A stretch of DNA of 64,000 nucleotides. Source: a virus. Position numbers and translations under genes: made by a program. The stretch spans positions 1-64,000 of IMG/VR virus record IMGVR_UViG_3300020156_000002; one strand, 5' to 3'. This document shows, one piece after another, positions 1 through 11,810 of the stretch. The first letter of the stretch is position 1; every line of letters starts with the position of its first letter. The notes beneath the pieces are model-generated. The model ran no database searches. It saw nothing but the letters and a program-made list of their open reading frames with translations, and was not told where the DNA came from.

Positions 1-123
1 AGAAGTATTCACATAATACATAAAAATTTCTCGCCTAAGTAACATAGTCATTCCTAAGTAGGCTAAATATTCGTTTGCAGTTAACTTGTTATCTAATGTG
101 ATTTTATCCTTAATATATACCGT
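1..123 (-). CDS. 5' end of a leftward gene (partial; possible winged-HTH/Rep-like protein)
   Basis: Minus-strand RBS AAAGGAGGTG (131-140), then an open frame (T)VYIKDKITLDNKLTANEYLAYLGMTMLLRR... running off the window. The only well-spaced start is ACG (123-121). Product is a guess. Confidence 0.4.
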
Positions 124-247
124 TTTGAACCACCTCCTTTACATTAGATAGGAATTGCTTGTGGGAAAATTTTTTACGTTTTTTGGCTTACCCCTTTCCA
201 ACTTTGAGGATAGGGGTTGCCCGATTTTGGCAAAAATTTGGACACAG

Positions 248-283
248 TACTAAAAGAATAAGATATACTAAAAGAATAAGATA
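248..283 (+). repeat. tandem direct repeat 2 x 18 bp TACTAAAAGAATAAGATA
   Basis: Exact copies at 248-265 and 266-283. Confidence 0.9.
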
Positions 284-520
284 TCTTCTCTATCGATTAC
301 GTTTAAAGTTGTTGGCGAAGCTAATTTCATGGTGGCAAAAATAATTTTCTAGCAAAGCTAATCATAGTTTCCTTATTTTGATTTTGTGTATGTAACAAAT
401 TTGTTTTCATAAAATAATTTCCTCTCTAAATATCTTCTTGATAATACATACGTTTATTATTGTTAGTTATATCCGGTTAATTATTTTTCTTCTTAATAGT
501 AGTTTATCCCTTACAGTTAT

Positions 521-567
521 AGAATAACATATTAAACACATCATGTCAATAGATGTTTAATATTATT
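521..567 (-). promoter_or_regulatory. leftward sigma-A promoter with upstream AATAATATTAAACA motif
   Basis: Minus strand TTGACA (549-544), 17 bp, TG-n-TATTCT (526-521); motif at 567-554. Confidence 0.6.
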
Positions 568-2266
568 ACTAATAAATTTTATTCTATTACTTTCATAATC
601 TTTTTGTCTTGTGGGAAAAACACCCACAATCCAAATCCCAAACATTACTTTTAATTATAGTAAAAATATTTATGATAACTCATAGTTATAACAAACTTGT
701 ATATCTCTTTATAATGCCATTATATGTGCTAGAGGTGTTATCTATCCTAAATTTAATTTTATGTGTATATTTAAGCCTTATACGATGTTACCATTATTTG
801 GTAAGTTGCATATCATTGTAAAAATTAACGTTTTAAGGGGTAAATTTGGATTTTTTCTGTCTAAGGGTATTAGTTATCCTATTTAGTGTTTTAGACTGGA
901 TTTGAGCTGTATAAATGCGAAAAATACAAAGGATTACCAGTTTCTATGATGCATCTTATATATGGTAAATGAATTTGTTTATCCCTGTTAAGTTATCTCA
1001 GTTAAGATAGATGGGTTATCATGAATCTGGAAATCTGGATTAGAATTATCTCTCACTGGTAGAATATGAATGAAATAGTATGAGATAGTTTTATGATCTG
1101 CAATAGAGTGATTTGTAATGTGGTATAAGATATAAAATACATCTATGTATTTTTTGGGCTTGTATAGAAAAATAAGACATTTTCTTCTTATAGGTATAGA
1201 TTATATCGTCTGAGATGATTTAAACGAAATTTGGTGTCATTTTAGGTTAAAATTGCAATGAAATAGGATATAGAAATGTTGGTTATGTATGGTTAATGTT
1301 AATGCTGCTTAATGGATGGATTATTATGTCAATGGTGTAATATATAGGTGTTATGCTATTTTGATGGTGTGGTATATTGGTTATTAGATTGGCTTGTTAA
1401 TGTTAAATGTACCCCTACTTCGGTGAGATGTTAAGTTAAAATGGTGTAAAGTATTGATTTTACTAGTGTTGTAAGGGATTTGTGATGATGATATTAATAG
1501 GTGATTTATGCTCATTTTGGTACTAAATTGGTAAACATGAGGTGTGTTCGGAGAAAAGTCAGTGTTTATGCGGATTGTAGCGTTTTTGGATATTGGTGTA
1601 AATTGATGGTAAAAGTGGGATAAAGCTAGTGTTTATAAGGGTTTGATAGGACTGGTGGTAAAATGTTAGATTTTGAAATTGATGGTGCTAAAATTGATGA
1701 ATGTATTGATTTTACTAGGGATTCTCGAAGATGTTACCGAAGCGATTCAACGTAAAATATGGGTAATTTGGTGTGGAAAGAACAGATAGGGCGTATTCTT
1801 CTGTAAGAAACTGGTAAAATAATGTAAATATACCCCCTGTATATGCTAATAATATTCTGTAATAGTATAGTATTACGGTATATTATTGATGATTTATCAA
1901 GGATTGATTGAATTGTAAGGAATTGGATGGAATTATTGGATAAATGGAAAGTAAACTTTACAATAATCTATATCAAGTTGATATAGTAGAGGTTCGATTT
2001 TTAAAGTGTTGAAAAATGCAACAAAATTTTCATTATCTCACATTTAATCACTCTATAAATGACATATCAAGACATAACCACTAATTCTCTAACTTATGTC
2101 TCAAATAGTCACTAATAATATGATTATATTCAACTTAAATGTCTAGCACATACTTGACACATAATATTCACACTTGTGACACAAATATCTATTCATATAA
2201 TTGACACTTGTCTATAATGGTTACAATAGCATAGCAATAAAGATACCGATATCATATATCAACATA

Positions 2267-2308
2267 CTATCCACTAACTTATCCACCGAGTTATCCACAT
2301 TATTCACA
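2267..2308 (+). promoter_or_regulatory. cluster of four DnaA-box-like 9-mers
   Basis: CTATCCACT 2267, TTATCCACC 2279, TTATCCACA 2291 (perfect), TTATTCACA 2300; all in the same orientation. Confidence 0.7.
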
Positions 2309-2410
2309 TTTCACTGACCACTCACTCAGCGAATCACATCATAGAATCAAACAATGATCTCATACCAGTATAAATATATCATCAATTCAATACTCATATC
2401 TACCATACCT

Positions 2411-2458
2411 ACACTACATATAGTATATGACCACACATATAACTACAATATATAGTAC
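2411..2458. promoter_or_regulatory. tandem NrdR-box-like sites
   Basis: ACACTACATATAGTAT (2411-2426) and CTACAATATATAGTAC (2443-2458) resemble the NrdR consensus acaCwAtATaTwGtg; they are 32 bp apart, typical for NrdR box pairs. Confidence 0.55.
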
Positions 2459-2522
2459 TAATATCATCATAATATTGAGTATCACCTGATACCATTTCCA
2501 TAAAAATCACAAAATAATAACA

Positions 2523-2569
2523 AATAATATTATACAAGTATTGCAATACTATATAGACTGTGATATAAT
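2523..2569 (+). promoter_or_regulatory. first rightward sigma-A promoter with operator-like motif
   Basis: AATAATATTATACA 2523-2536; TTGCAA 2541-2546, 17 bp, TG-a-TATAAT 2564-2569. Confidence 0.7.
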
Positions 2570-2612
2570 AAAGATAGTTAAAGAAGATGTAATCAGAAAG
2601 GAGTTAACCAAC

Positions 2613-2816
2613 ATGATTAAAGCATTTGCAATCCATGATTATAAAGTAGAATATAATACACTTAATGGAGAATATACCATAATAGATATGGATACTAGAC
2701 AGAAAGTTGGTACATTCCCAGATATAGCAGAATGTGGCAGTTGGTTTTATAGCAACATAGAATTTGATAAAGCAGTATGTATTTATGAAATGATGGAAAG
2801 TACATTTGAACAATAA
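2613..2816 (+). CDS. small early hypothetical protein
   Basis: RBS AAGGAG near 2598 favours ATG 2613 over the ORF-track start at 2541. Confidence 0.65.
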   Translation: MIKAFAIHDYKVEYNTLNGEYTIIDMDTRQKVGTFPDIAECGSWFYSNIEFDKAVCIYEMMESTFEQ

Positions 2817-2817
2817 C

Positions 2818-2873
2818 AATCCAAATAGTTGGCTCTAACAAAGAGTTAGTAAGTGCAATTCTTACAATGGATT
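2818..2873 (+). ncRNA. candidate structured RNA (three-stem junction with T-loop-like hairpin)
   Basis: AATCCA/TGGATT closing stem, TTGGCTCT/AGAGTTAG stem with G-U pairs, GTAAG-TGCAATT-CTTAC hairpin. Confidence 0.45.
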
Positions 2874-3019
2874 ATCTAGGTTATGAAGTAGTAACCAAAC
2901 ATAATAAACAAGGACGGATAGACAACAAGCGGACGGAATCACTTACAGTCATAAAGATATGGCTTACATAACCAAATTGAACGGAATAACACAATTACAT
3001 AAAAAGGAGGTGATACCTT

Positions 3020-3121
3020 ATGTATACTTCTTATGGATACTTAGCAAACATTGACGGTCAATCAATACTGTTTGCAAGTGAACAAGAATATTTAGAATAC
3101 ATAGAAGATAACAACTCCTAG
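3020..3121 (+). CDS. 33-aa small phage protein (MYTSYGYLANIDGQSILFASEQEYLEYIEDNNS)
   Basis: Strong RBS AAGGAGGTG; below the ORF-track size cutoff. Confidence 0.65.
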   Translation: MYTSYGYLANIDGQSILFASEQEYLEYIEDNNS

Positions 3122-3631
3122 ATAACATTCTAGCATTAACATAAGGACTAGTCAACTAGTTATCACTAGTCCAATACATAACCATAGTAACTATTATAAT
3201 AAGTCCTTAATGTAACAACGGCACTTGAACATTGACAATTAAATTTAAGTCTGGTTACCGTATAGATACGGAAACAAGTTACTTATACAACTTACCCATA
3301 ATAAATGAAAAGGGATACATCGGAAAGTATAAGGATATCAGCGTACAATAAGTATCGCATATATCATAAACAATTCTATATAATAACTGCTTACTAAATT
3401 CTATCAGATATCAAGTGGTTATAATAAATAATACTAAACAAATAGCAACACAGTGTAATTATAGAATGCTAATAAGTTATAACTGAAATAATCTAGGATA
3501 GCTGAATATGATTAGGATATACACGAAAGTATGGAGCATAAAACGAATAGCAAAAATAAATTGTTATAACTTGTTAGTATGAATATTTACATTGTAACTA
3601 ATAAACTAACACTTAAAAGGAGATTGATAAC

Positions 3632-6008
3632 ATGAGTAAATTCACAAAAGTAGCAGTAACAAAGGATATTGAAGTAAATGGTAGATTAATTGTAAAACAG
3701 GGAACAAAAGGTATGATATTAAGATTAACAGAAAACAGACCATATGTAAGATTTAGCACCGGGAAAATGATAGAAATACCTGTACATATGTTATTAGCAT
3801 TATAGGAAACAGGAGGGTATCTTATGACAATTCAATTAACAATGAAACAGCTTAATGCAGTCAATGAAAGAATTAAACAATGGCAGTTATCATCACTTAG
3901 CAGATTAAGTCCTGGTAATATAGAGAAAGCACAAACAAATTTATTGTTCTTCAATATGGTAATTACTCAGGAAATGCAATGTCAAGTTATTGAAGATATT
4001 TTACAAATTGAAAGTAACATAGGTGATAGGATAACAGAATTGAACTAATAGAAAGCAGAGGTAATAAAATATGGATTATATGCCAAAATTTATAAATAAT
4101 ATGACTATCGAAGAATTAAAAACAGAAAAAGAAGGAATGTATAACAATGATTATCGTTATGGATGTGGTATTGATAAACCTAGATTATGGGACATTAATC
4201 ATACTATCAAAGTATTAGAGAGTAAATTGAACTAACATTTGGTTTTGATTATAGGGAGATATAAACATGATAGATTATCTTAGAGAAGGCATCATAACAG
4301 ATATAAAAAGTTTCTTAGATAGAGGTAAAGAAGTGATTATATCAAGTGGTTGTTGCAATGATACAGTTTTATCTTATAGAGAAGAAAAAGAACATATTCA
4401 TAATTGGGATGGTGGATATGATAAAACGGTATATATATTTATAACTACTGCTTGTATATTTCCAAAAGAAATTAGATTGGAAAATTATGAATACTGTGAT
4501 TTTGAAGAGTGGAACGGTTCAATTTTTATTGAAGTAACATAAAATTATAACTTAGATGGAGGGATATGAGAATATGAAAAAGGTAATGTTTAATGAACAG
4601 AAAAATGAATATTTTGGAGACTATGGAAACGGCATGATTAAGATAACACAAAAGGAATGTTATCATTTTATTAATTCTTTAGGTGTAAAATGTGACGGAG
4701 AAGAAAATGGATATATAATTTATATTAAATGTCGATAAAATTAAGAATTTATTCAAACAATAGTAATAATAAACAAACGTTTCACGTGAAACAATTTAAA
4801 ATTCAAATTATGGAGGTTATAACAATGATTAAGAAAATAGTAGATTTTATGATAACAGAAGGTACAACACAAACAAGTGAATGTAATTGGATATTTTACT
4901 TTGAAGAATTAGCAGAAAAATTCAACCTACATTTTGAATGGTTACAAGATAATATTGACGATATACTAGCGGAATTAGAAACACGTCAAGAAGTTTCACA
5001 AGCTGATTTTGAATCAGATAATAGTATATCAATATATTTTTATATTAATGCTGAATGGTGTAAAATAGAATTAGATTAGCAATCTCAAACCTTGCAAGCA
5101 TGGTAATGTAACAAGTAAATATTATAATATAGGAGGTTTTAAGGTATGAAAGAAAAAGAATACAAGATTGCCAAGGAATTTAATATTTTAGATATGGTAG
5201 AAAAGTTACAAAATGAACTATTACAAGTTGATGGAGTAACAGAAGTCGAATTTGATTTAAGCGGATTCTATGACAACTTGAATGAGGTTATTATATTAAC
5301 AAAATACAGCATTTGCGATACAGAAAAGTATTTTGAGAAACGTAAAAAGTTAAAAAATCAGGTTGTTGATATAGCAAAAGGAAACTTCTTAACACGTACA
5401 AGCGATAGAATAGAGGACTATGGAGAACATTTCTATTTTGTTTTTCATTGCTTTAAAGAATGGACTAATAAACAGTAAACACAGTATAAACAGAAAGGAC
5501 ATAAACACTATGAAAACAGTCGACCACAATGAAATGTCAATCACTTACAATGATGATAAGTTAACACATATCAAAATTGTGTATGGCGAATATGTAAGTA
5601 GTCGAGATATGACGGTCATATTTGAGGATATCATTGATAAAATAACAAATAAACTTGTTAGTACTGAATTAAAAGGATTTTATCACGGAGAACCAACTAT
5701 TGACGGAATAGAAACATTTTACGGCGAATTAAAGGCAGAATATACATTATAAATAGACCATAAAATCCTTGTTTCATCGCAACTTATAAACAAATAACAT
5801 ATTTCAAATATGAAAGGAAGTAAACAGAATGAGCGAATTTTTAGAAAATATCAGCAGTAAAAAAGTAATGATTATTGATACGGATGCATTAGAAGAAATG
5901 CTTCGTGATTTTGGTATTGATGCAAATATATTAAGTAGTAGCAATGGTTATTGCGAAGTAGAAACAAATGATTATACTTATTTAATCACAAAAGAATTAA
6001 CTAAATAA
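3632..6008 (+). other. array of small early hypothetical CDSs (3632-3805, 3824-4048, 4267-4542, 4556-4738, ~4825-5079, 5146-5478, ~5510-5752 and others)
   Basis: Consecutive + strand ORFs, each with a Shine-Dalgarno; no recognisable domains. Confidence 0.7.
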
Positions 6009-6056
6009 ATCAATTATTCTATCGTAAAATTTTATCTATAAAACTACAAAAATACA

Positions 6057-6085
6057 TTGACATATATGTAGTTATGTAGTAAGAT
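6057..6085 (+). promoter_or_regulatory. sigma-A promoter of RHH/tnpB unit
   Basis: TTGACA-17-TAAGAT, overlapped by ACTACA/TGTAGT repeats (possible autoregulatory operator). Confidence 0.65.
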
Positions 6086-6110
6086 ATAAGAGTAGATAGG
6101 AGGTGTCAAG

Positions 6111-6245
6111 TTGGCTGATAAAGCTATAAATATTAAGGTTGATGAAGAACTGTATAAACAAGTCAAGATTAAAGTAGCTACAGAAGATATAACCATAAAA
6201 GATTATATTATCAAACTAATTCAACAAGACCTTAATAAAAAATGA
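6111..6245 (+). CDS. ribbon-helix-helix (CopG/Arc-like) regulator, 44 aa
   Basis: RBS AGGAGGTG, TTG start; MADKAINIKVDEELYKQVKIKVATEDITIKDYIIKLIQQDL fits the beta-alpha-alpha RHH pattern. Confidence 0.7.
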   Translation: MADKAINIKVDEELYKQVKIKVATEDITIKDYIIKLIQQDLNKK

Positions 6246-6247
6246 AA

Positions 6248-6284
6248 ATAGGTGATGCTCCTGCAAGAGTTAATCATCACCTAT
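6248..6284. terminator. hairpin ATAGGTGATG...CATCACCTAT
   Basis: 10-bp perfect stem directly after the RHH gene; the upstream A-tract gives a U-tract on the minus strand. Confidence 0.6.
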
Positions 6285-6370
6285 CAAGTAAGAAATATGA
6301 ATAACATAAATCTCACAACTATGTTATCACATTTTCTAATTAAAATCAAATATGAAAAGGTGGTAAATAT

Positions 6371-6641
6371 TATGGAAAAATTAATTAATGAATTATTAGA
6401 AACGCTTAACACTTCTACTGGATATTGGATGACAGATAATAAAGAAATTAACACAGATAATACTATGTTTTGGCAAGAAGGTGAAGTGTTACACGTTGTA
6501 GATTGTAATAGTTTTGAAGAAATACATACAAAATTTAATGATATCGTTGATATAGTAATGAATAAAATTGATGATATGATTGAATCGGTTATAAAGTTTA
6601 AAGACAGACCATCATTAATAATATTTAGTTTCATTAATTAG
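6371..6641 (+). CDS. hypothetical protein
   Basis: ORF-track frame 6252-6641; RBS AAAAGGTGG suggests the start is MEKLINE near 6372. Confidence 0.6.
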
Positions 6642-6664
6642 TTGTTAATTAGCAAAGGAAGGAG

Positions 6665-7891
6665 GTGAAAAACTTGATAGTTAGCAGAATAGAAAACCAT
6701 GTAATTTCAAAGAGTCATATAATGTATAAAACAATTGATGAATATTGTTTCAGAGCAAAGAATTTATATAACTTAGCAACATACTATGTTAGGCAAGAAT
6801 TTATTAATAATGGTAAGTGGTTAAGGTATAAAGAACTTGATCCAATGTTACAAAAAGAGGACGCATATAAATTATGTGGATCACAAGCAGGTCAAATAAT
6901 TTCTCTTACGATTGATGACGTTTGGAAATCTTTCTTTGAATCTAATAAAGATTGGAAGAAAAATCCTAGTAAATATTTGGGTAGACCAAAACTTCCAAAG
7001 TATAAAGACAAAAACGGAAGATTTACTTATTCATTAAAAAATATACAATATAGAATTGATGAAGATTCTTATATATACTTTAGTTTTAAACCATTTAAAC
7101 AGTTTAACAAGCTATTTAAAACACAAGTAAATGAAAAGTTAAATCGTATTAGTTTTGTACCTCGTGGTTCTGATTATGTTATGTGCATATTATACAGTTT
7201 AGAAGTTCCAGACGTTAAAGAAGACAGTAATAATATTATAGGTATTGATTTAGGAGTTGACAATCTAGCAACTATTTCAAATAATATTGGACAACAACCG
7301 ATTATTATTAATGGCAGACCATTAAAATCCATGAATCAGTATTATAATAAGAAACTTTCTTTATTGAGAAGTGATTTAAAGAAGAAACATAACAAAGACT
7401 GGAGTAATAAATTACAGCAACTAACAGATAAACGAAACAGAAAAATAACATATTATATGCATTGTTCAAGCAAGTATATAGTTGATTATTGTATTCAATA
7501 TGATATTGATACAATAGTAATAGGGCTTAATAAGGAATGGAAACAAGAAAGCAGCATGACAAAGAAAACAAATCAAAACTTTGTTAATATTCCATATGAT
7601 AAGTTAATTAGACAGATACAATATAAAGCCGAAAACTATGGTATCAAAGTAATTATGACAGAAGAATCATATACATCAGGAACAAGTTTTCTTGACAGAG
7701 AATTACCAACAAAAGCTAATTATAATAAAGATAGACGGATTAAGCGAGGGCTGTTTAAGTCAAACACCAACAAATTAATTAATGCCGATTTAAACGGTTC
7801 ATATCAAATCATCAAGAAAGTATTTCCAAATGTTTTTACAGATGGGACAGAGGGCGTATATTTACATCCGGTTAGAGTTAATATAATCTAA
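6665..7891 (+). mobile_element. tnpB: IS200/IS605-family TnpB RNA-guided endonuclease (no tnpA in window)
   Basis: AKNLYN N-terminal motif; RuvC-I GIDLG, RuvC-II TEESYTS, RuvC-III NADLNG all present; hairpin GGGTT-ATAA-AACCC at 7897-7910. Confidence 0.9.
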
Positions 7892-7963
7892 CAAATGGGT
7901 TATAAAACCCAATAAATAGGATATTTTATAACCTATTATATTAAACAGAAAGGAAATAAAATC

Positions 7964-10900
7964 ATGAAAGTATTAGAAGTAATCAAAAATAATAGTAAAT
8001 TTGTAATCACAAAAAATGGAAATATATTAGCAATAAACAACGGAGATAAAATTCAACTTGGTAAAAATTCAAAATTAACAGAAGATAATATTCTTAATAT
8101 GGAAGTTAAAAAAGTACAAAATACAAAAGATTTTAATCAAGACTATCATGTAAATTATAGTTTAATAAGAGTATAAGGGAGGCAAATTATTATGAACAAT
8201 AACATTAAGGTAAAATTTCATTCAGAGGATAACGGAAACTGTCAGCAATTATTTAAAACGATAGATAAACAGGAAGGACAAAAATCTTATTATGCAAGAA
8301 GTTATGATTTAACCTGGTATACTGTTTCTGACCCACTAGGATATGCAGAATTAGATTATCCGGCATCAGAAGATATTACTTTTATTATATGTGATGATAA
8401 AGGGAATGAAGTATTTCAAAGTAGTAATTCAGATAAAGAAACATTTCCATTTTTGAAAAATGTTTGTCTTAGTGAATGGAAACAATATTGTACAGAACAT
8501 GAACAGAAAAATACACTAGAAAATAATGAGGTTAATTTTTTAGCTCATGCAATCGGTGGGAATCAAGTTGATAAATTAAGTAAGTGGTTATTAACTTTTA
8601 AAGACCCTGAATTATATGGAGAATCCGCAAAGGACTATGACGAAAACTGGACAATGTTCAGAATAGAAGAATTAAGCAGGAAAAGGCTTCATAAATTCAT
8701 GTATTGTGGTTTAAAACAAGAAATCACAGAAATTACAATGAGACATACAATTTGCAATGTTACATGGAAAGAATATTATAGCGGTCAAGAATATTGCGGT
8801 TCAATTTTTGATACTGATTATATTGGTACAATGTATTCACCAACAGAAGCAAAGGGGAAAGTAATAAAATTATTAAAAGAGATTTATGGAGATAGAAACT
8901 ATATTACACAAGTAACAGAAAGTTATGGAGCAATATACGAGAGACATTATAAACTAGGTAATGCAGCCGAATTATTACTTAATGGAAATTATAACAGAAA
9001 TTTTGTTAATAAATTAATTAATAAAGAGAATGAAAAGCATTCATTCTTTTCAAGTGAGAAAGAAGCAAGAGAAGCTTATAGGGATAAAGACGATAAATAT
9101 ATTCATAATTATAATTATCCTTACTTTTAATATTTACTATGCACATTATAAATAATATAACACGTTATAGTGTGCATGAATAAGTATTAAACAGTAACTA
9201 ATAACAATTTAATATTATAGGAGGCATTAACATGAATAATAAAATTTATAGTATAACAAGAGAATGTGAACTTGCAGGAGAATATTTTACTACATTTGAA
9301 ATTAAAGACGGCAATATAACACTTATTCAAGATTCATTTAATGGTATCGGATTCAGCGAAGAAAAAGCAAAACATTGTATAGAGAATTTACTTGAAAAAG
9401 TGAACATCTATTCATTAGATAGACTCAAAAGAATATCACTTGAAAATGATTTAAAAATTGCTATTGATGGCGATAGAGTAACATTTGGCAATCCAGATTT
9501 TAGCAAGTGTGTATTTGTTAAGTATGATAATTACTTTTATAAACAGATGGAGGTAGTAGCATAATGACAATATTATACGGAGATTATAAAAATATTCACG
9601 CTATATCAAGCGGAAATTTTGAAACAGAAGAACACAAGAAAGTTTTTGAAGTATTACAAAACGGAGAATTCAAGCGAACTGGCAAACGCATAAAGAACGA
9701 AGAATTCCTAAAACTGCCTAAAATATTTATCCGTCATTATTTATCAAATACTAATTGTTATAGTATTTATTCGATTGTCACAGGAAATCAATGTTGCGGA
9801 GGATATAGCTATTTATCACACTGTAAACAACATGAATGCAAGATTGACAGAGGACACGGCATTATTGTATTAGAACGAACAGACGATGATAGAACTACAG
9901 GAAAAGAGTGCGACATCACACCTGAAGAAATTAAACAACAGAACATTAATTATCATACTGAATTAATCAAAAGGTGTAATGACGGATTAAATGAAGAATG
10001 TAGCGAAGGAATTGACAAAAGCTTATAATCTTATGATTAATGATAGTAAACAGAAGTTAGCAAAGTTACAATAACAAACAATATAATACAATAAGTCAAT
10101 AGTCGGATAGGAGTGTAAACAGATGTATAAATACTTATGTCAAAGAATGAAACCCAACAAGTTAGGATTTAAAGAAACAATGTGGTTAGATAGCCCTTGT
10201 AAGGGATGGAGAGTATTAAAGAAAGTATATTGCAACATAATACAAGAGTGATTAAGATAAACAGAAAATAAATTTGTAATTTGATAGGCTTTAAGAAGCT
10301 AGAAAGAGAGGAAATAATATGACAAATGAACAAGTATATTGTGATTTAGCAGATGAATTACAAAATAATATTATAAGTGGTGAGTACGAATGGGAAAATA
10401 TAGCGGTAACAATGCCAATAGAAGGATATAATGGGTTTGGTATTGTAGTTTGGTGTGATGAAGAAATATTTGAAAAGTATTATACGGTAACAATAAGAGA
10501 AAATTATACACCTGACGAATGGGGAAATGATATTATATGTGAAAGTACAGATACTGAAGATTTTGAAGAGTTAGAAAATGTTGTTAATAGCGTTTTAAAT
10601 AAGTTTTATAATAAACAATATATAACACGATAAATAATAGATTTTATTAAAAGAATGGAGAATTGATAATATGAAAAAATTAAATTGGTATTTTAAACAC
10701 GGTACAATTTGTCATGTGTATTCAGTTTTATATGAAGATGAAAGATTTATTCTTGTACAGAACGATGAAACACAAAAATATAGCTTTGGTATGAAAAGAG
10801 ATTTTGGAACGCTTTGCGGTTTTCCAGTAGACCAATCTTGTTTATCAAGCGATAAAGCAGAAGAAGTTCTTAACGGATTCATTGAAGTAGATAAACAGTA

Positions 10901-10982
10901 TTTAGATACACTTGGAGAAATAGCAGAGGCTAATATAAAACGTTGGGAAGATATGATATTAAGTATGAAAGTAACAGTATAA
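7964..10982 (+). other. hypothetical CDSs 7964-8176, 8192-9130, 9232-9564, 9564-10028, 10319-10633, 10671-10982
   Basis: + strand ORFs with RBS; no recognised domains. Confidence 0.7.
9139..9177 (+). other. 13-bp intergenic RNA hairpin (processing site or terminator candidate)
   Basis: ATGCACATTATAA / TTATAGTGTGCAT with one G-U pair. Confidence 0.55.
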
Positions 10983-11031
10983 ATAGCAGATAAAAAGCAG
11001 ATTTTATTATAATATGAAAGGATGGAATTAA

Positions 11032-11766
11032 TTGAAATATATTAAACAGAACGAAAGAATCGGATTAACAAAGATAAACAATAACGGATCAGAAATGAAG
11101 ATAATTAATGTATTACCAGATGACAAAATTATAGTCCAATTTCAAGATGAATTTGCATGTACAAAAGAAGTACACTGGAATAACTTTAAAAAGGGAAATG
11201 TTATGAATCCATATGATAGGAAAAATGGAGGAGTCGGGTACATAGGAGAAGGAAAATATAAAACAAAAGTTAACGGTAGAAATACAAGGATACACAATAC
11301 ATGGAATGATATGTTATCGAGATGTTATTCGGAAACAAAAAGAAATCAGTATATAGCATATGAAAACTGTGACGTATGCGAAGAATGGCATAACTTCCAA
11401 GTATTTGCAAAGTGGTATGAAGAGAATTACTATAGTATTGGAAATGGACGTATGCATTTGGATAAAGATATTATATATAAAGAAAATTATCTATATGCAC
11501 CTGAGAGATGTATTTTTGTTCCACAAAAAATAAACATGATATTTATGCAGAAGCCTAATAAATTCAATCTACCTAGCGGTATATCATTAACAGACACGAA
11601 TAAATATCATTCAAGTTATAATGGTAAAGGATTGGGAAATTATGATACATTAGAAGATGCTATATTTATACATGATGAAGCAAAAAGAAAACATATAAAA
11701 ACTATTGTGAATGAGTATGGAACTTCACTTCCGGATAGAGTAAGAAATGCATTACTAAATTGGTAA
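11032..11766 (+). CDS. HNH-like phage homing-endonuclease-family protein (paralog 1)
   Basis: WNDMLSRCY...VCEEWHNFQVFAKW...HLDKDI...YAPERCIFVPQKIN signature. Confidence 0.7.
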   Translation: MKYIKQNERIGLTKINNNGSEMKIINVLPDDKIIVQFQDEFACTKEVHWNNFKKGNVMNPYDRKNGGVGYIGEGKYKTKVNGRNTRIHNTWNDMLSRCYSETKRNQYIAYENCDVCEEWHNFQVFAKWYEENYYSIGNGRMHLDKDIIYKENYLYAPERCIFVPQKINMIFMQKPNKFNLPSGISLTDTNKYHSSYNGKGLGNYDTLEDAIFIHDEAKRKHIKTIVNEYGTSLPDRVRNALLNW

Positions 11767-11810
11767 TAGATTATATTAAATAGCCTAAACAGGCAGAAAG
11801 TGAGTATACA

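Noticed and set aside
248-283. 18-bp tandem repeat as a CRISPR array
   Set aside because: Two abutting copies with no spacer; no cas genes seen.
159-821. ORF-track ORFs 159-344 and 609-821
   Set aside because: No RBS, atypical composition, and they overlap repeats or regulatory DNA.
1851-1884. Xer dif site
   Set aside because: Dyad with a 6-bp centre, but it lacks the conserved TTATGT(T/A)AA XerD arm.
2818-2873. tRNA gene
   Set aside because: Only ~56 nt with three stems; no full cloverleaf, TTC loop or CCA. Kept only as a candidate ncRNA.
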